Below, piece after piece: positions 32,020 through 33,000 of a DNA stretch of 33,000 bases (positions are counted from its first letter, which is position 1; each line of letters opens with the position of its first letter). Position numbers and translations under genes: made by a program. Origin of the DNA: Octopus sinensis (taxonomy: Eukaryota). The DNA lies in the NCBI RefSeq assembly GCF_006345805.1, contig NC_043001.1, positions 99,820,001 to 99,853,000 on the forward strand, in the 5' to 3' direction. The notes under the pieces are model-generated. The model was not told where the DNA came from. It worked only from the letters and a program-made list of their open reading frames with translations, and searched no databases.

Positions 32020-32600
32020 GAAGTAATGTGAAGGCCAACAACCTTGAGAGACTGTCTTTGAGACCTGTTTATTGACATAGTGAAAAATAGTTTCACTGGG
32101 AACTGGAACCGCTTAAATTCAAAGGGGTGGTCATGTGGGATTAACAGGGTCCATGGAATAAAGACATCCTCACCCTTATAGTTCCCAGTCATAATTGTTG
32201 CTGCTAGGACATGGGGTTGCATCGCTTTCACCACCAGTCTGGTGCCACTGCACAGATGAGGTGGATCCAGATTCCTGAGCAGCATGACTGGGGGGACCCC
32301 CCTTTTAAGTGTTAAGTGGTGGGGTAGCATCCCAGATGGCTGTAGAGAGTTCAGGAACTCAGCTGGGAAAAACTGATCAATGACAATGTCATGGAATTTG
32401 AAAGACTGTTCTTGTCTGGGCAACAGCTGCAAGAGACCCCGGTTGATTTTGTCGACAGCCTCATTACATGGAGCTAAGATGGCTTGCTCACAGAGCCATT
32501 GGCTGTTGCTAAAGTTTTGTGCAATGTTTGGGAACACATGCATTATGAGATCATTGACAGTTGGTACCATCTCACCACAGGCTTTCTGTGTCCCCCACCA
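32020..32600 (-). pseudogene. Helitron PIF1-like helicase C-terminal fragment
   Basis: ORF 31989-32618 contains AILAP.N..V..IN, PAEFLNSLQPSG..PH.L.LK.G..MLLRNLDPP.LC.GTRL.V and FEFKRFQFPVKL.F.MSIN. Conserved residues are altered (NRSQRQS for NKSQGQS, LCSG for LCNG, IPWT for IPRI) and it is truncated before HGQLYVA.SR. Confidence 0.92.
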
Positions 32601-32678
32601 TAGACTTTGGATGATCATAACTTTCAGAAAAAAAAGGTTATTTTTTTAATGAACTTTTCTATGAATATGTGTTATATC

Positions 32679-33000
32679 ATGTAGATTCCAAACATACAAA
32701 ATTATTTGGGGGGAGACTGTTTTAGGAGGGGGTGGGGAGAATTTTCGGAAAATTCACCGGAGTCCACTTCAATTCATCTTAACTTTCAGCAAAGTGGATA
32801 TTTCTTAATGAATTGTCTACAAATATACCTCCAACTATGTAGATTCCAAGCATATAGGATTTGTGGGGAAACAATTGGGGGTTATTTTTGCGAATTGTTC
32901 CCCACTCAGGGGTGTTTCGGAACAAGTCCATATTTATTTCGGTATCTCCATTTTGTGCGTTTGAGCATCCTTGACCTTAGTCATAAAATTTCGGTAAAAA
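32679..33000. repeat. Unclassified repeat-like segment with internal direct and inverted repeats, running off the window end
   Basis: ATGTAGATTCCAA(A/G)CATA at 32679 and 32837. Inverted pair TGGGGAAACAATT (32864-32876) / AATTGTTCCCCA (32893-32904). More CpG and GC than the flanks. Confidence 0.45.

Overview
AT-rich, repeat-dense eukaryotic DNA. The repeat families look like those of Octopus (coleoid cephalopod); this is recognised from memory, not by a search. No complete gene is visible. The window is a mosaic of microsatellites and decayed mobile elements: about 10 RTE-clade LINE pieces (endonuclease, RT with a PHD-like insert, zinc-finger C-terminus, many 3'UTR copies with (ATG)n tails), CR1/L2 fragments, a Penelope-like RT-thumb/GIY-YIG fragment and three kinds of tRNA-derived SINE. 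DNA elements include a mariner MITE, a hAT MITE with an 8-bp TSD, an Academ-like remnant, a young non-autonomous Helitron and a Helitron PIF1-helicase pseudogene. The best hidden signal is a perfect 119-bp inverted repeat (7837-8092) whose 18-nt spacer completes an intact minimal hammerhead ribozyme on the minus strand. An older fold-back has the same layout (29841-30137), and three more hammerhead-like motifs are present. Several short minus-strand exon candidates and a possible recursive splice site (13262-13300) suggest the window is intronic in an unidentified minus-strand gene.
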